Shown here one piece after another: positions 51,958-62,040 of a stretch of DNA of 64,000 bases. How positions within the stretch are numbered: position 1 is the first letter of the stretch; every line of letters begins with the position of its first letter. The DNA is from Thecamonas trahens ATCC 50062 (Eukaryota; Protista; Apusomonadida). The position numbers were made by a program, and so were the translations under genes. The stretch covers positions 310,001-374,000 of the forward strand of contig NW_013657662.1 in NCBI RefSeq assembly GCF_000142905.1, in the 5' to 3' direction. The notes beneath the pieces are model-generated. The model did no database searches and was not told the DNA's origin. It saw only the letters and a program-made list of their open reading frames with translations.

Positions 51958-53283
51958 ATGGCAAGGCCAGGTGCGGTCGACTCGGACGATGTCGATGTGG
52001 GCATGTGGGCAGGGGTGGGCATGGAAGTAGGATGTTTGGTTCTTGGCTTTCTGGACGGTATTGATCTGGCTGCTGCTGCTCTAGTCTGCCGGAGGTGGAG
52101 GCTCTGGGCGAGTGACGGCGTGCTGTGGAGGCGACGGTGCTTGGAAGACTTTGGCGTGGAAAATCCAGTGCCGATAGGGGTGGACGGCGTGCCAGTTGCG
52201 AGCTGGAAGGATGTGTACGGAGCGTGGGTTGCGAGTCTGCCACCGGGTGTACCGGTGGCGTACGCGATTGCCATGCGCAAGGTCCTTGCGCGGATTGTGG
52301 CGTGCGCAGGTGCCGAGGACACGATCTTGACTGGCCGCCCGTGGCCCGATCTGGCGTACTTGTGGCGCAACCTGGAGGTTCCGGTCCCGCTCTCACTGGC
52401 CACTCTTTATCGATGGGTGGGCGGGCAGAAGAATCTCCTGCAGGTTGATGCCAATGACTCGGCACGACGTAGCGCTGTCTCTACCGCGTTGTTCGGCGGG
52501 CGCTCGGTAGCACGGCCGTATGTGATGGCGCTGATCACTCCTGATGCGGTTGATATGTTTGAGGACAACGTGGTCTTTGCGCAATCTTTCTTTCCGCAGC
52601 GAATGTATGCTGTCGACCGCAGGTCGGGCATTCCTCGCGTCCACGGCTCCTGGGGAGGTAGCTTTGCCTACGATCTGGCACCTCCGCGGGCGGCCAGCGC
52701 AGACCGCTGGAGCCCAGACGAGCCGCTGCTTGCGTGGCTGACATCGTTTGCTAACCAGCTTGATGCTGGTCACATCGCCCACGACTCTCTAGTCTCAGAA
52801 CCCGAGCCTGGGGTCATCAAACCGCTCTCCCACTTTCCCGCTGCCGGCCCATACTTTGGCTCGGCGCGGGCAGCTGGGATTGTTGTCGAGCTGGCTCTCC
52901 TTTGTGCCCCGGCCACCGAGACCGGATGGGAGTATTTGGTCAAGATCTACTTGGATCCCAGCGACGGAGACGCCATCGGAACCCGTTTTGCCCTTGCCGG
53001 CGTGCAGTTCCTTTATTCCGATACCGATGCCATCGTGGAGCAGGCGCGCCTCAACGGGCTAGTGCCTACGGTCGATCCGGTCGACGGACGGCCATCTCGC
53101 GCCTCATCATGGCAAACATCAGCCATTCTTCCCGGCGACGTTCCGCTCGCCGGCAGCGTCTCCCTCGTCGTCCAGTTTGTTTCTGATCCTGGCGGTGGCG
53201 AGGCATCAGTCACGACCGGTGCAGAGGTGATTACCATCGTTGTAGAGAACGTGTCCCTCGAGCGCCCATTGTTTCTGTATTGA
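51958..53283 (+). CDS. F-box protein, FBXO3/SKIP16-like (F-box, SMI1/KNR4-like, degenerate ApaG-like)
   Basis: F-box VLGFLDGIDLAAAALVCRRWR..DGVLWRRRC, VPLSLATLYRWVGGQ, and a beta-rich C-terminus (WEYLVKI). Confidence 0.7.
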   Translation: MARPGAVDSDDVDVGMWAGVGMEVGCLVLGFLDGIDLAAAALVCRRWRLWASDGVLWRRRCLEDFGVENPVPIGVDGVPVASWKDVYGAWVASLPPGVPVAYAIAMRKVLARIVACAGAEDTILTGRPWPDLAYLWRNLEVPVPLSLATLYRWVGGQKNLLQVDANDSARRSAVSTALFGGRSVARPYVMALITPDAVDMFEDNVVFAQSFFPQRMYAVDRRSGIPRVHGSWGGSFAYDLAPPRAASADRWSPDEPLLAWLTSFANQLDAGHIAHDSLVSEPEPGVIKPLSHFPAAGPYFGSARAAGIVVELALLCAPATETGWEYLVKIYLDPSDGDAIGTRFALAGVQFLYSDTDAIVEQARLNGLVPTVDPVDGRPSRASSWQTSAILPGDVPLAGSVSLVVQFVSDPGGGEASVTTGAEVITIVVENVSLERPLFLY

Positions 53284-53495
53284 TCAATGTATTAAGCAAC
53301 AGGTCAAGCGATGTGTGCCCGCCAGGCATGTCGTCGCAGATCAGTCGGCTCGGGCCAGGTTCGAGGAGGGAGGGGGGGGGGCCAGGACTGACTCGGCAGC
53401 GGTCGGTCGCGCCCCGGCCAGTTGCAGTTTCGCAAATCTGCCGCCGTTCAACACAGATCAGTTGCTACATTTGGCTCAAGTCAGGCGAGCTCGGG

Positions 53496-56400
53496 ATGGC
53501 GGCTGCAAATGCAGAGGTGTTCAAGGCCAAGCACCAATTGAAGCAACATGGAGCCGAGGTATGTGGGAAAAGAGAGTGGGCGCATATGGCGGGGGGGGGG
53601 GGGGGGAGGGGGAGGGGGAAGGGGGAGGAGGGTGGGCTGTCGGGTGGGCGGCGCACAACGAAAAAGGTCTTCAAATTGGGAGGTGCGGCGGGCGGAGCGG
53701 GCCAGGCTACTGGGCTCACACAGAGTGGTATGGGCGGGGCTGGGGGGCTGGGGGCATGAGCAGGTGTACGCGCTCAAGTATGCGGACGGGGTTCTGTACT
53801 CTGGGGGCGCCGACTCGATGGCGCGGTCGTGGGACGTGCGCAAGGGCAAGAACCTGAAGACGTTTAAGGGCCATGTCGAGACGGTGTGGTGTCTGGACGT
53901 CCAGGATGGGTTCCTCTACACGGGCTCTGCCGACAAGAGCGTGATCAAGTGGGACGCGGCCAAGGGCAAGGTGGTGGACAAGCTGTTGGGCCACAAGAAA
54001 GCCATTTTCTGCCTGGCGGTGGCCGACGACGGCACACCGTACTCGGGGTCAGACGACAAGACGGTCATCAAGCACGACGAGCGCGTGATGGTGTACAAGG
54101 GCCACAAGAAGACGGTGCTTTCGCTGCTTGTCCGCGGCTCGTCGGTCTTTTCGGCGTCGACAGACAAGACGGTGCGGCTGTGGGATACAGCGTCGGATGC
54201 GTGCGTGAGGGCGTACACCGGCCACTCGGACATTGTGTACTGCCTCGAGGTTGCCGACGGCGTGCTGTACACTGGCTCGCGCGACGGTACGGCGCGGGCG
54301 TGGAACGTGCTCACCGGCGCATGCATCCATGTCTTTACCGGGCACACCTCGCGGATCACGTGCCTCCATGTTGCCGACAACGAGCTGCTGTACACTGGCT
54401 CGGCCGACGGCTCGGTGCGGGTGTGGGACATCCACACCGGCGAGTGCGTGCGGGTGCTGTCGGGCCACGACAACATTGTGCTCTGCATTGCCATGAACCC
54501 ACAGGGCACGTTGCTCTTCACTGGCTCGGCCGACCACTCAGTGGCGGTGTGGAACGCCCGCAACGGTGAGCTGCTGGCGCGCGGGCAGACCCACTCGCAC
54601 TGGGTTCTTGCCGTCGACTGTTCTGACACGGCGCTCTTTTCGTCGTCGCGTGACGGCTCGATCTGCATTTGGGACGTCTCGAGCTACGCGTCCAAAGCCG
54701 AGGCGAGTCCGGTAACCCGCGCCGCCACGTCGGTCCGCGTTCCGGTGTTCAATGCAAGCGGCGCCAAGTCCGTTGTCAAGGTTGCGCCAGACGCGACGCT
54801 CGCCGCCGTCCTTGACGCCGCCAAGGTCTCTTTTGGCCTTGCTGGCTCATGGTCGCTGGCATACGACCCCGGGCTTGGGTCGGAGCAGCGCGTGCTTGAG
54901 AACCGGACGCCGATCGGATCGCTGAGCGATGTGACGTCTGCGGCTGGTGCTGCCCGACTGGTCATCATTGCGCATCCCGACTCGATTTCGGCCGCCGCCT
55001 CGCCGCGAGCCACCGCAACAGCGTCCATGGCTCCCACGCCTACAGCGACGACGACCAACGGGACCAAGGCTGCGAGCGGCTCGGACCCAGCGCTCGCCGC
55101 GGAGCTCGAGCGGCTTCGCGCCGAAAATGCGCGACTGCGGAGTGCCGGCGCAGGCGCGGCGCCTGCAGCTACGGCCGACTCAGGCTCCAAGGTGGACGCG
55201 TCGCAGCTTACCGCGGCACAGAGCCAGATGCGTGATGCCGAGGCTCGTGCCAGTGCGTTGGAGAGCCAGCTTGCGGCGGCAACCAAGAAGGTGGCCCAGC
55301 TTGAGGGTGAGCTGCGTGCGGCGGAGCAGGCAGCAGCGTCCAATGCAGCCGCCGGCGAGGCCGCGCTCCAGCAGCAGATTGTGGAGCTGAAGCAGGCACA
55401 GCGGGACGAGCGCGGACGGATGGAGGCGGAGATTGCAACGCTTAACTCGCAGATCGCGACGCTCAACTCGCAGCTGAGCGAGGCACAGAGCACGCTGGCA
55501 GCTGTCCAGGGCAAGTACGAACAGCTCAAGGCGGCGACGGCGTCGTTTGAGGCCGAGCGGCAGCAAGCAGCAGCAGTCAAGGCCGAGCTGGCGGCAGCAA
55601 GCTCGCAGCTCGCGTTCCACCAGAGCGAGTCGAGCCGACTCAAGGAGGTGTACGAGAAGGAGCGGCGGCTCCGGATCAAGTACTTTAACCAAATCGAGGA
55701 CATGAAGGGCAAGATTCGGGTGTACTGCCGTGTGCGGCCGTTCACGGCGTCGGACGGCGCCGAGGGCGGCGAGCTTGCCGCCGACGTGCTCGACGAGGCC
55801 ACGCTCCTCATTCACGACACCAAGAAGGACCGTGAGTACTCATTCACCCACGTGTTTGGCATGGACTCGACCCAGGACCAAATCTTTTCCGAGACGACCC
55901 AGCTTGTGCAGTCGGCCGTCGACGGTTACAACGTGTGCATCTTTGCGTACGGGCAGACCGGCTCCGGCAAGACGTACACCATGACGGGTGCGCCGGACGC
56001 GCCAGGCATCACGCCGCGAGCCTTCTCGCAGATCTTCGATTCGTTCCAACACCAGCCCAACTACACGTACTCGGTCTCGTGCTACATGTTCGAGATCTAC
56101 AACGACAACCTCGTCGACCTTCTCACCGACGTGCCGGTCGACGCGCGGCCAAGCTCGACGTTCACCACGATGAAGGCGGCATGGTGTACATCTCGAACAT
56201 CGAGATCCTGCCCGCCGGCTCGCCCGAGGAGCTGCACTCGATCCTCGAGCTCGGCATTGCCCACCGGCACACCGGCGCTACCAACATGAATGAGCACTCG
56301 TCGCGCTCGCACCTCATCCTCTCGATCCTCATCGAAGGCACCCACAACGAGAACGGGTCGACAACTCGCGGCAAGCTCTCGCTTGTCGATCTTGCAGGCT

Positions 56401-56756
56401 CGGAGCGGTTCGCCAAGACCGGCGCCGACAAGGAGCGGATGAAGGAGGCCCAGTCAATCAACCGCTCGCTGGCCGCCCTCGGCAACGTCATTGCCGCCCT
56501 CACCTCGAGCGACAAGCAGCACATCCCGTACCGGTCGAACAAGCTCACGTACTGCATGTCCGACTCGCTCGGCGGTACGGCTAAGACCCTCATGTTTGTC
56601 AACATCTCGCCGTCGTCATACAACGTCTCCGAGACCGTCTCCTCCCTCGGCTATGCCGAGCGGGTCAAGACCATCGTCAACAACTCGCAGCGCAACGTCG
56701 AGACTGAGGAGATCAAGAAGCTCAAGGCCATCATCAAGAAGCTGAAGGGTCGCTAG
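53496..56756 (+). CDS. Kinesin-14 (KCBP-type motor) with N-terminal WD40 repeats and a Ubl/RA-like domain; two exons, 1-nt frameshift at about 56150
   Basis: Exon 53496-53558 and intron 53559-53763 (GTATGT...CAG). About 7 WD40 repeats, coiled coil, neck KYFNQIEDMKGKIRVYCRVRP, GQTGSGKT, NEHSSRSH, DLAGSE and HIPYR. Confidence 0.9.
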
Positions 56757-56812
56757 TAATGAACGATAAAGCTCAGACTGCAGCTGGGGCTGGAACAGAG
56801 GCTAGGGCTGCT

Positions 56813-59800
56813 TTACCGAAACACGCCACCCTTCTTTGTAGGACTCTTACACATGCCGGCAATGGTGGCCAGCTTGGAGTACGCCGGAGACGGCGCGATC
56901 GGATGGTAGAGGCCGAGATAGTCGGGTAGGACACCGGTGCCCGGCACCCGCGGCACAGCGCCGGCGAGCAACTCGTACAAGTCCTCGTTGTACTTGGCCT
57001 TGGAGGCGTGGCGGTACTTTTGAGCGGTGACGGCAGCAAGAATGTCCTTGAGACGAGATCGGTTAAAGCGGAGCGGGTTGACCAGCTTGAGAGTGTCAGA
57101 AATCATGGAGCCCTTGATGCGGACGTCGAGCGGGTTGTCACACGTCATCGACGGCGACGAGTTGACCTCGATGAGCCACGGCTTGAGCGACGAATCGAAC
57201 ATGATGTCGTAGCCAAAAACCTCGAACGAGTTGGGCTGACTATCAATTGTGTCCTTCACGGCAAACAACGACTTGAGGACAACTGAGCAGATGCCCTTCC
57301 ACAGCGTCTCAAAGGCCACGCCGCTGCTAGCCAGCTCTTTGGCCAAAAACTTGAGCGAGCACTTGGAGCCGCCCCACTCCGCCGCATCGGCCGAGCCCGA
57401 GTACGACGTCGAGGCCTCGGACTGTATCGAGGTGTTGGTGAGGTGCATGACGTTGTTGGCAATGGTATCGGGCGACGTATCGTACAGCTGCGAGGCAACC
57501 CGGGCAAAGCCCTCCTTGTACACAAACGCCTCCAGTGGCTCAAACGAGGTGACGAGGACATAGATGCGAAGGTCAAACTTGCGCCCGTGGAGCAGCAGTG
57601 GGTCTGGGATGTACTTTTGAACGACAACCGGTTCGCCGTGCCGGACTTGGGCAATGTCATTGAAAAGAAAGATGCCGCGCCCGCGCGAGAGCCCGGCCGG
57701 CTTCATGATCCACACGTTGCCAGACTTGTTCTTGGCACCCGAGCGCGCAAAGTCTTCCACAAACTTGGCGTACTCGGACGGCAGGATATACGTGGTCGGC
57801 ACAATGTCAAAGACTCGCGCCATCCGCCCGCCGAGTCGTGCCTGCCGCTCGATCGACTTTTTGAGCAGATCCTTGCGAGTCAATGCCGAGGTGTTGGGAA
57901 AGTGGTTGATCCGCTGCCAGGCCACAAGATGCGACCATACGTCCGCCTTGGGTCGCCCCCAAGTCCACAACAGATTCCACAGGCCAGACGCGTCCTCTGG
58001 CAGCTCGGCCCAGTCCGAGCCGGACATGGTCCCGACCGTAGCGAGCGATTCAGCGACAATAGTGTAGACCTCCTCATGCCCAGCCGATGAGATACGGTAG
58101 AAAAGGCCATCTGGCCCACTGGGGCACGCCTCCAGCCACGCCTCCAGCTCGGCAATGTACTCGGCGTAGATGGCGTTGACCGGCGTGTCCGGATCAAGAA
58201 CAACCGCCGAGAAGAGCTTGGAAAACTCGGGGTAGATCGAAGCGAGCTGGGTTGGGAGCACGACTGACCGTCGCTTGACGGGCGACAAGTTGTGCAGCGG
58301 CGGTAGGACTGGTGGCAAGGCCTTGGTTGCGGCAGACGGCTGTCTAATGGGCTTGGTGTTCTTGCCCTGGTGCTCCGCAGTAGCGATGCGTGTGCGCATA
58401 GACGTCCTGTGCCTGGTTGATGCGGCCTGATGTGGTGACTCTCTGGCTTGCCGTTTGGTCTTGACTTGCCGCGCTGCCTCAATCGCCGCGCACTTGGCCT
58501 CGGCCTCAGCCTGTCGCTGCGCCTCGGCCTCTCGCTGCGCCTCAATCGCCACGCGCTCAGCCTCGGCCACAGCCACAGCCTTGGCTTTGACCTCATCAGC
58601 AATCCGCTGCGCCTCAGCCTGTCGCTGCGCCTCGACCGCCGCCTGCCGTTTGGCCTGAGCCTCAGCTTCAGCCTGCCGTTTCGCCTCAGCCTCAGCCTGT
58701 CGCTGCGCCTCGACCGCCGCCTGCCGTTTCAGCCTTGGCTTTGACCTCATCAGCAATCCGCTGCGCCTCAGCCTGTCGCTGCGCCTCGACCGCCGCCTGC
58801 CGTTTGGCCTCAGCCTCAGCTTCAGCCTGCCGTTTCGCCTCAGCCTCAGCCTGTCGCTGCGCCTCGACCTCCGCCTGCCGTTTCGCCTCAGCTTCAGCCT
58901 GCCGTTTTGCCTCGGCTTCAGCCTGCTGTTTCGCCTCAGCCTCAGCCTGTCGCTGCGCCTCGGCCCGCCGCTGCGCCTCAATCGCCGCGCGCTCAGCCTC
59001 GGCCACAGCCACAGCCTTGGCTTTGACCTCGTCAGTAATCCGCTGCGCCTCGGCCGCGGCGTTCATCTCAGCCTCAGCCTGTCGTCGTGCCTTGCTCTTT
59101 TCGGCAAGGCGTTTCACCGCGGCCTCATCTGCTAGCCGTTGACCGTCCGCTACCGCCTTGGCCACCTCTTTGGCAAGCCGCTTTGTGGCAGCCTCCTTGG
59201 CCAGGCGCTGAGCATTCGCTTCATCTGCAAGCCGCTGCGCCTCGACACGCTGACGTGCTCGAGCCCGACGTGCACGCTCAGCCTCGGCGGCCTTCTCCGC
59301 CTGTGCAGCTTTTTCGATATCTCGCGCCTCCTTGACCTTCAGGCGTGTCTTCGCCTCCTCGGCCTCCCGCTGCAACTGATCGATGTTGTCAGCCGGCTTG
59401 TCCGTCTCGGCCCTTCGCCTTCGCCGCCTCCGCCGACGCGGGCGTGGAATGTCAACCGCCTGGTTTCAGAACGAGTACCTGCTGGTGAGTCTACCTTGAA
59501 AGGCTCGACGGCCGCATGCCGTGCACCTGTGCGCGACGGTATGACAACCTCACCGGGAACATTGTCGGTGAGCTCACGGAGCTGTGCCCGCTCAGTGCAG
59601 ACCAGCTCTGCAGAAGGGGTAGGCGCACGCCTTCGCACCCGGACAGGCCCCGAAAACATCTCTGGGGCAGGGCGCAACGGCTGAGCCGGCACTGCCCGCC
59701 GCGTCGCCGGCGCAGCGCCCATCAGCAGTCGAAAGATCTCAGACTTGGGCGCGGCTGCCCGTGAGCTTTCTCCTCCGCCTTCTGCCGCACCTTCGCCGCT

Positions 59801-59992
59801 GTCCTCAGACGAGCACGCTGGCTCCGTGGCGGTAGAAGCAGCGCCGTCGACGTCGCCAGCGAGGACCTCTCCGCCGAGTACCGCTACCGATCGCGCTCGC
59901 TGCCGCTCCAGCCTCGCATCCAGCTCGGCCATAGCGCGCTCACGCTCGCGTGCCCGTGCCTCGGCCTTGCTCATTCCGCGATTCGCCTCCAT
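56813..59992 (-). CDS. Tubulin-tyrosine-ligase-like polyglutamylase with a long charged Ala/Glu/Arg/Gln repeat region; frame breaks at about 58730 and about 59460
   Basis: TTL domain INHFP, WIMKPAGLSRGRGI, KFDLRIYVLV, HLTN and FEVFGYDIMFD..KPWLIEVNSSPS. The upstream ORFs 58692-59375 and 59339-60559 appear to be the same gene; the start is uncertain. Confidence 0.8.
58480..59090 (-). repeat. Coding tandem repeats (QRQAEAEAK / EAQRIADEVKAK units)
   Basis: Near-identical GCCTCAGCCTGTCGCTGC units on the + strand. Confidence 0.9.
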
Positions 59993-60602
59993 GCTTGCTG
60001 TATGTGTCACATCTTCACGCTCGCGCTCGCTCTTGTTCTTGCGCTCGTTCCCGGTCAGGGTCCGGGCCTGGCCAGGCACCGAGACCAAGCCCAGCACCGA
60101 GTGCGCACCGAGGCGGACATTGTCGCCAGAGCGAGACGCACCTGGTTCACCGCCCGAGTTGTAGTGGTGAAGAGTTGATGCCGGGCGCGGGTGCGTGCGG
60201 ACCGGAAGGCGTGGTGGGAGGGCGGGCAGAGATGACATGGGCGCAGGGCGTGTGGCGTGCAGGCGGCGGGCGAGGCGGGCGTTGGTCCGCGACGCCGAGT
60301 CGCCCACGGCCGTAGCATTGTTCAACACGCAGAGGGTGAGATAGTCCAGCCCAGAGCGTCCGAGCGACATGCTGCGGACGTCTTCCGTGTGCTCTGTGGC
60401 CAGAGACGGGTGAGCGCTGCCATGGCAGCCCCTTCTCCTTCCCTTCTTTCCCGCTGCGTGGGGAGCCTGGTGGCTAGCGATCGGTTCGCTCCGTTGCGCG
60501 CCAATGGCGGAATGTCCCATGGCATCACACGCCCCCATGTCTGGCGCAGATGATCCCAAGCTAGGTCAGCAGTCACGGTAAAGTGCTGGTTCATTGGCAA
60601 GA

Positions 60603-61505
60603 CTACAGTGCCTGCTCCTCCGCATCTTCCAGTTCCATGCCAAGGACCTCGTCATCGTCGTCGGCGTTGGCCATGGCCGACTGGGCCAGTGCGAGGTTGT
60701 CGTCGTCGTCCGAGTCTGACGACGATGAGAAGATGTCGTCGTCCTCGTCGTCGTCGTCAGCCGATGCAAATGTGATGGTGTAGCGCGAGAAGAGGTGCGG
60801 GACACTGGCAAGCAGGTTCGAGTACTGGCCCTGGTTGTTGAAGAGGTCGAAGAACGGGACGGCGGTGAGCCGATAGTTGGACGGGATGGCAAACGTCCGC
60901 TTCTGCGGGAGATGAACGTGGAAGAGCCGAATGCACTCGCGCGGCTTGGAGACATGCACAGGAAGGTAGGGATAGAGTGCCGGCGAGGCAAACGACGGCC
61001 GCCACCAGCTCGCCACGAGCTCGCCGATCTCCCACGGAACGACCAGCTGATCGGCCGGCACTGCCCCTGCCAGCGCCACCCCGCGTGCTTCCAGCTCACG
61101 GGCCTCGGCAACAACGTCGGGATCAACACCGATCCGCGCCTCCAGCACTCGCTTCAGCCCGTCGCGTTCGTCCTCGCCCGGCTTGAGCACCCCGCCGGGG
61201 AGCATGAAGCCTGTGGGAAAGGCCGAGTCCGGCGGCGGACGGGCGGCAGCCGAGAGCGCCAGCACGTGCGGGTGTCCATGGCGGTGGACAAGAATGACTG
61301 CATACACCGACGTTCGCATCCCGTTGCGCTTGTACTCGCCACGCAGGTCGCGGACAGGCGGTGCAGGCGGCGGCGGCAGTGGAGCTGTGGGGTCCTCGGG
61401 CGCAGGCGGTGCTGGCGGGACCAGCAGCTCGCCGTCCTCTGTCTGAGCCGAACGCTCCTGCAGACTGTAGCTCTCGAGTGGGTACACCACAGTTGATGAC
61501 AGCAT
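60603..61505 (-). CDS. NUDT21: Cleavage factor Im 25 kDa subunit
   Basis: YPLESY, GMRTSVYAVILVHRHGHPHVL, LPGGVLKPGEDE, WWRPSF, YPYLPVHVSKPRE and VPFFDLF, plus an acidic tail. Confidence 0.92.
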   Translation of the reverse strand: MLSSTVVYPLESYSLQERSAQTEDGELLVPPAPPAPEDPTAPLPPPPAPPVRDLRGEYKRNGMRTSVYAVILVHRHGHPHVLALSAAARPPPDSAFPTGFMLPGGVLKPGEDERDGLKRVLEARIGVDPDVVAEARELEARGVALAGAVPADQLVVPWEIGELVASWWRPSFASPALYPYLPVHVSKPRECIRLFHVHLPQKRTFAIPSNYRLTAVPFFDLFNNQGQYSNLLASVPHLFSRYTITFASADDDDEDDDIFSSSSDSDDDDNLALAQSAMANADDDDEVLGMELEDAEEQAL

Positions 61506-62040
61506 GCTACGGAGGGGGGAAGGGGAGAGAGAGGTGGGCGGTAGAGGAGGGGGTGGGAGAGGTGCAAGGGTAGAGGAGGGAGAGGCTGGAGGGGTGATCG
61601 TGGGGATCGGGTGAAAGTGGCGGAGGGGGACGGGGAGATAGATAAGATCGCGGGCGATCGAGGTGAGTGGTGATGAGGATTGTGGCCTGGAGACGAGAAT
61701 GGAGTACTGTTACTACGCATGATCGGAGTGTTAGGTAGCAGTTGGACGAGGGTTAAGGCTTTCTGTTTGGCTCTGACTGGGTGGGCTCTGGCTGGCGCAC
61801 ACGGCTGATTCTGGGCAACTGTGCCGATCCTCAACCGCACCACCGGGAGCATGCCATCCCGCACACTTGGTACCACATCAGAGCATGTGGTGTGTCTGGA
61901 ACAGATCAGGCTGCTGGCGGACGCGATCGAGTGATGGGACTGTTCCTGGTTGTGTTGCAGGAGTGGCAGGGCGACGCGACGGATTCGGCAAGCAAGGCGT
62001 CGACAGCACGCCACACATCACCCTTGCTCTGTCGGCAGCC

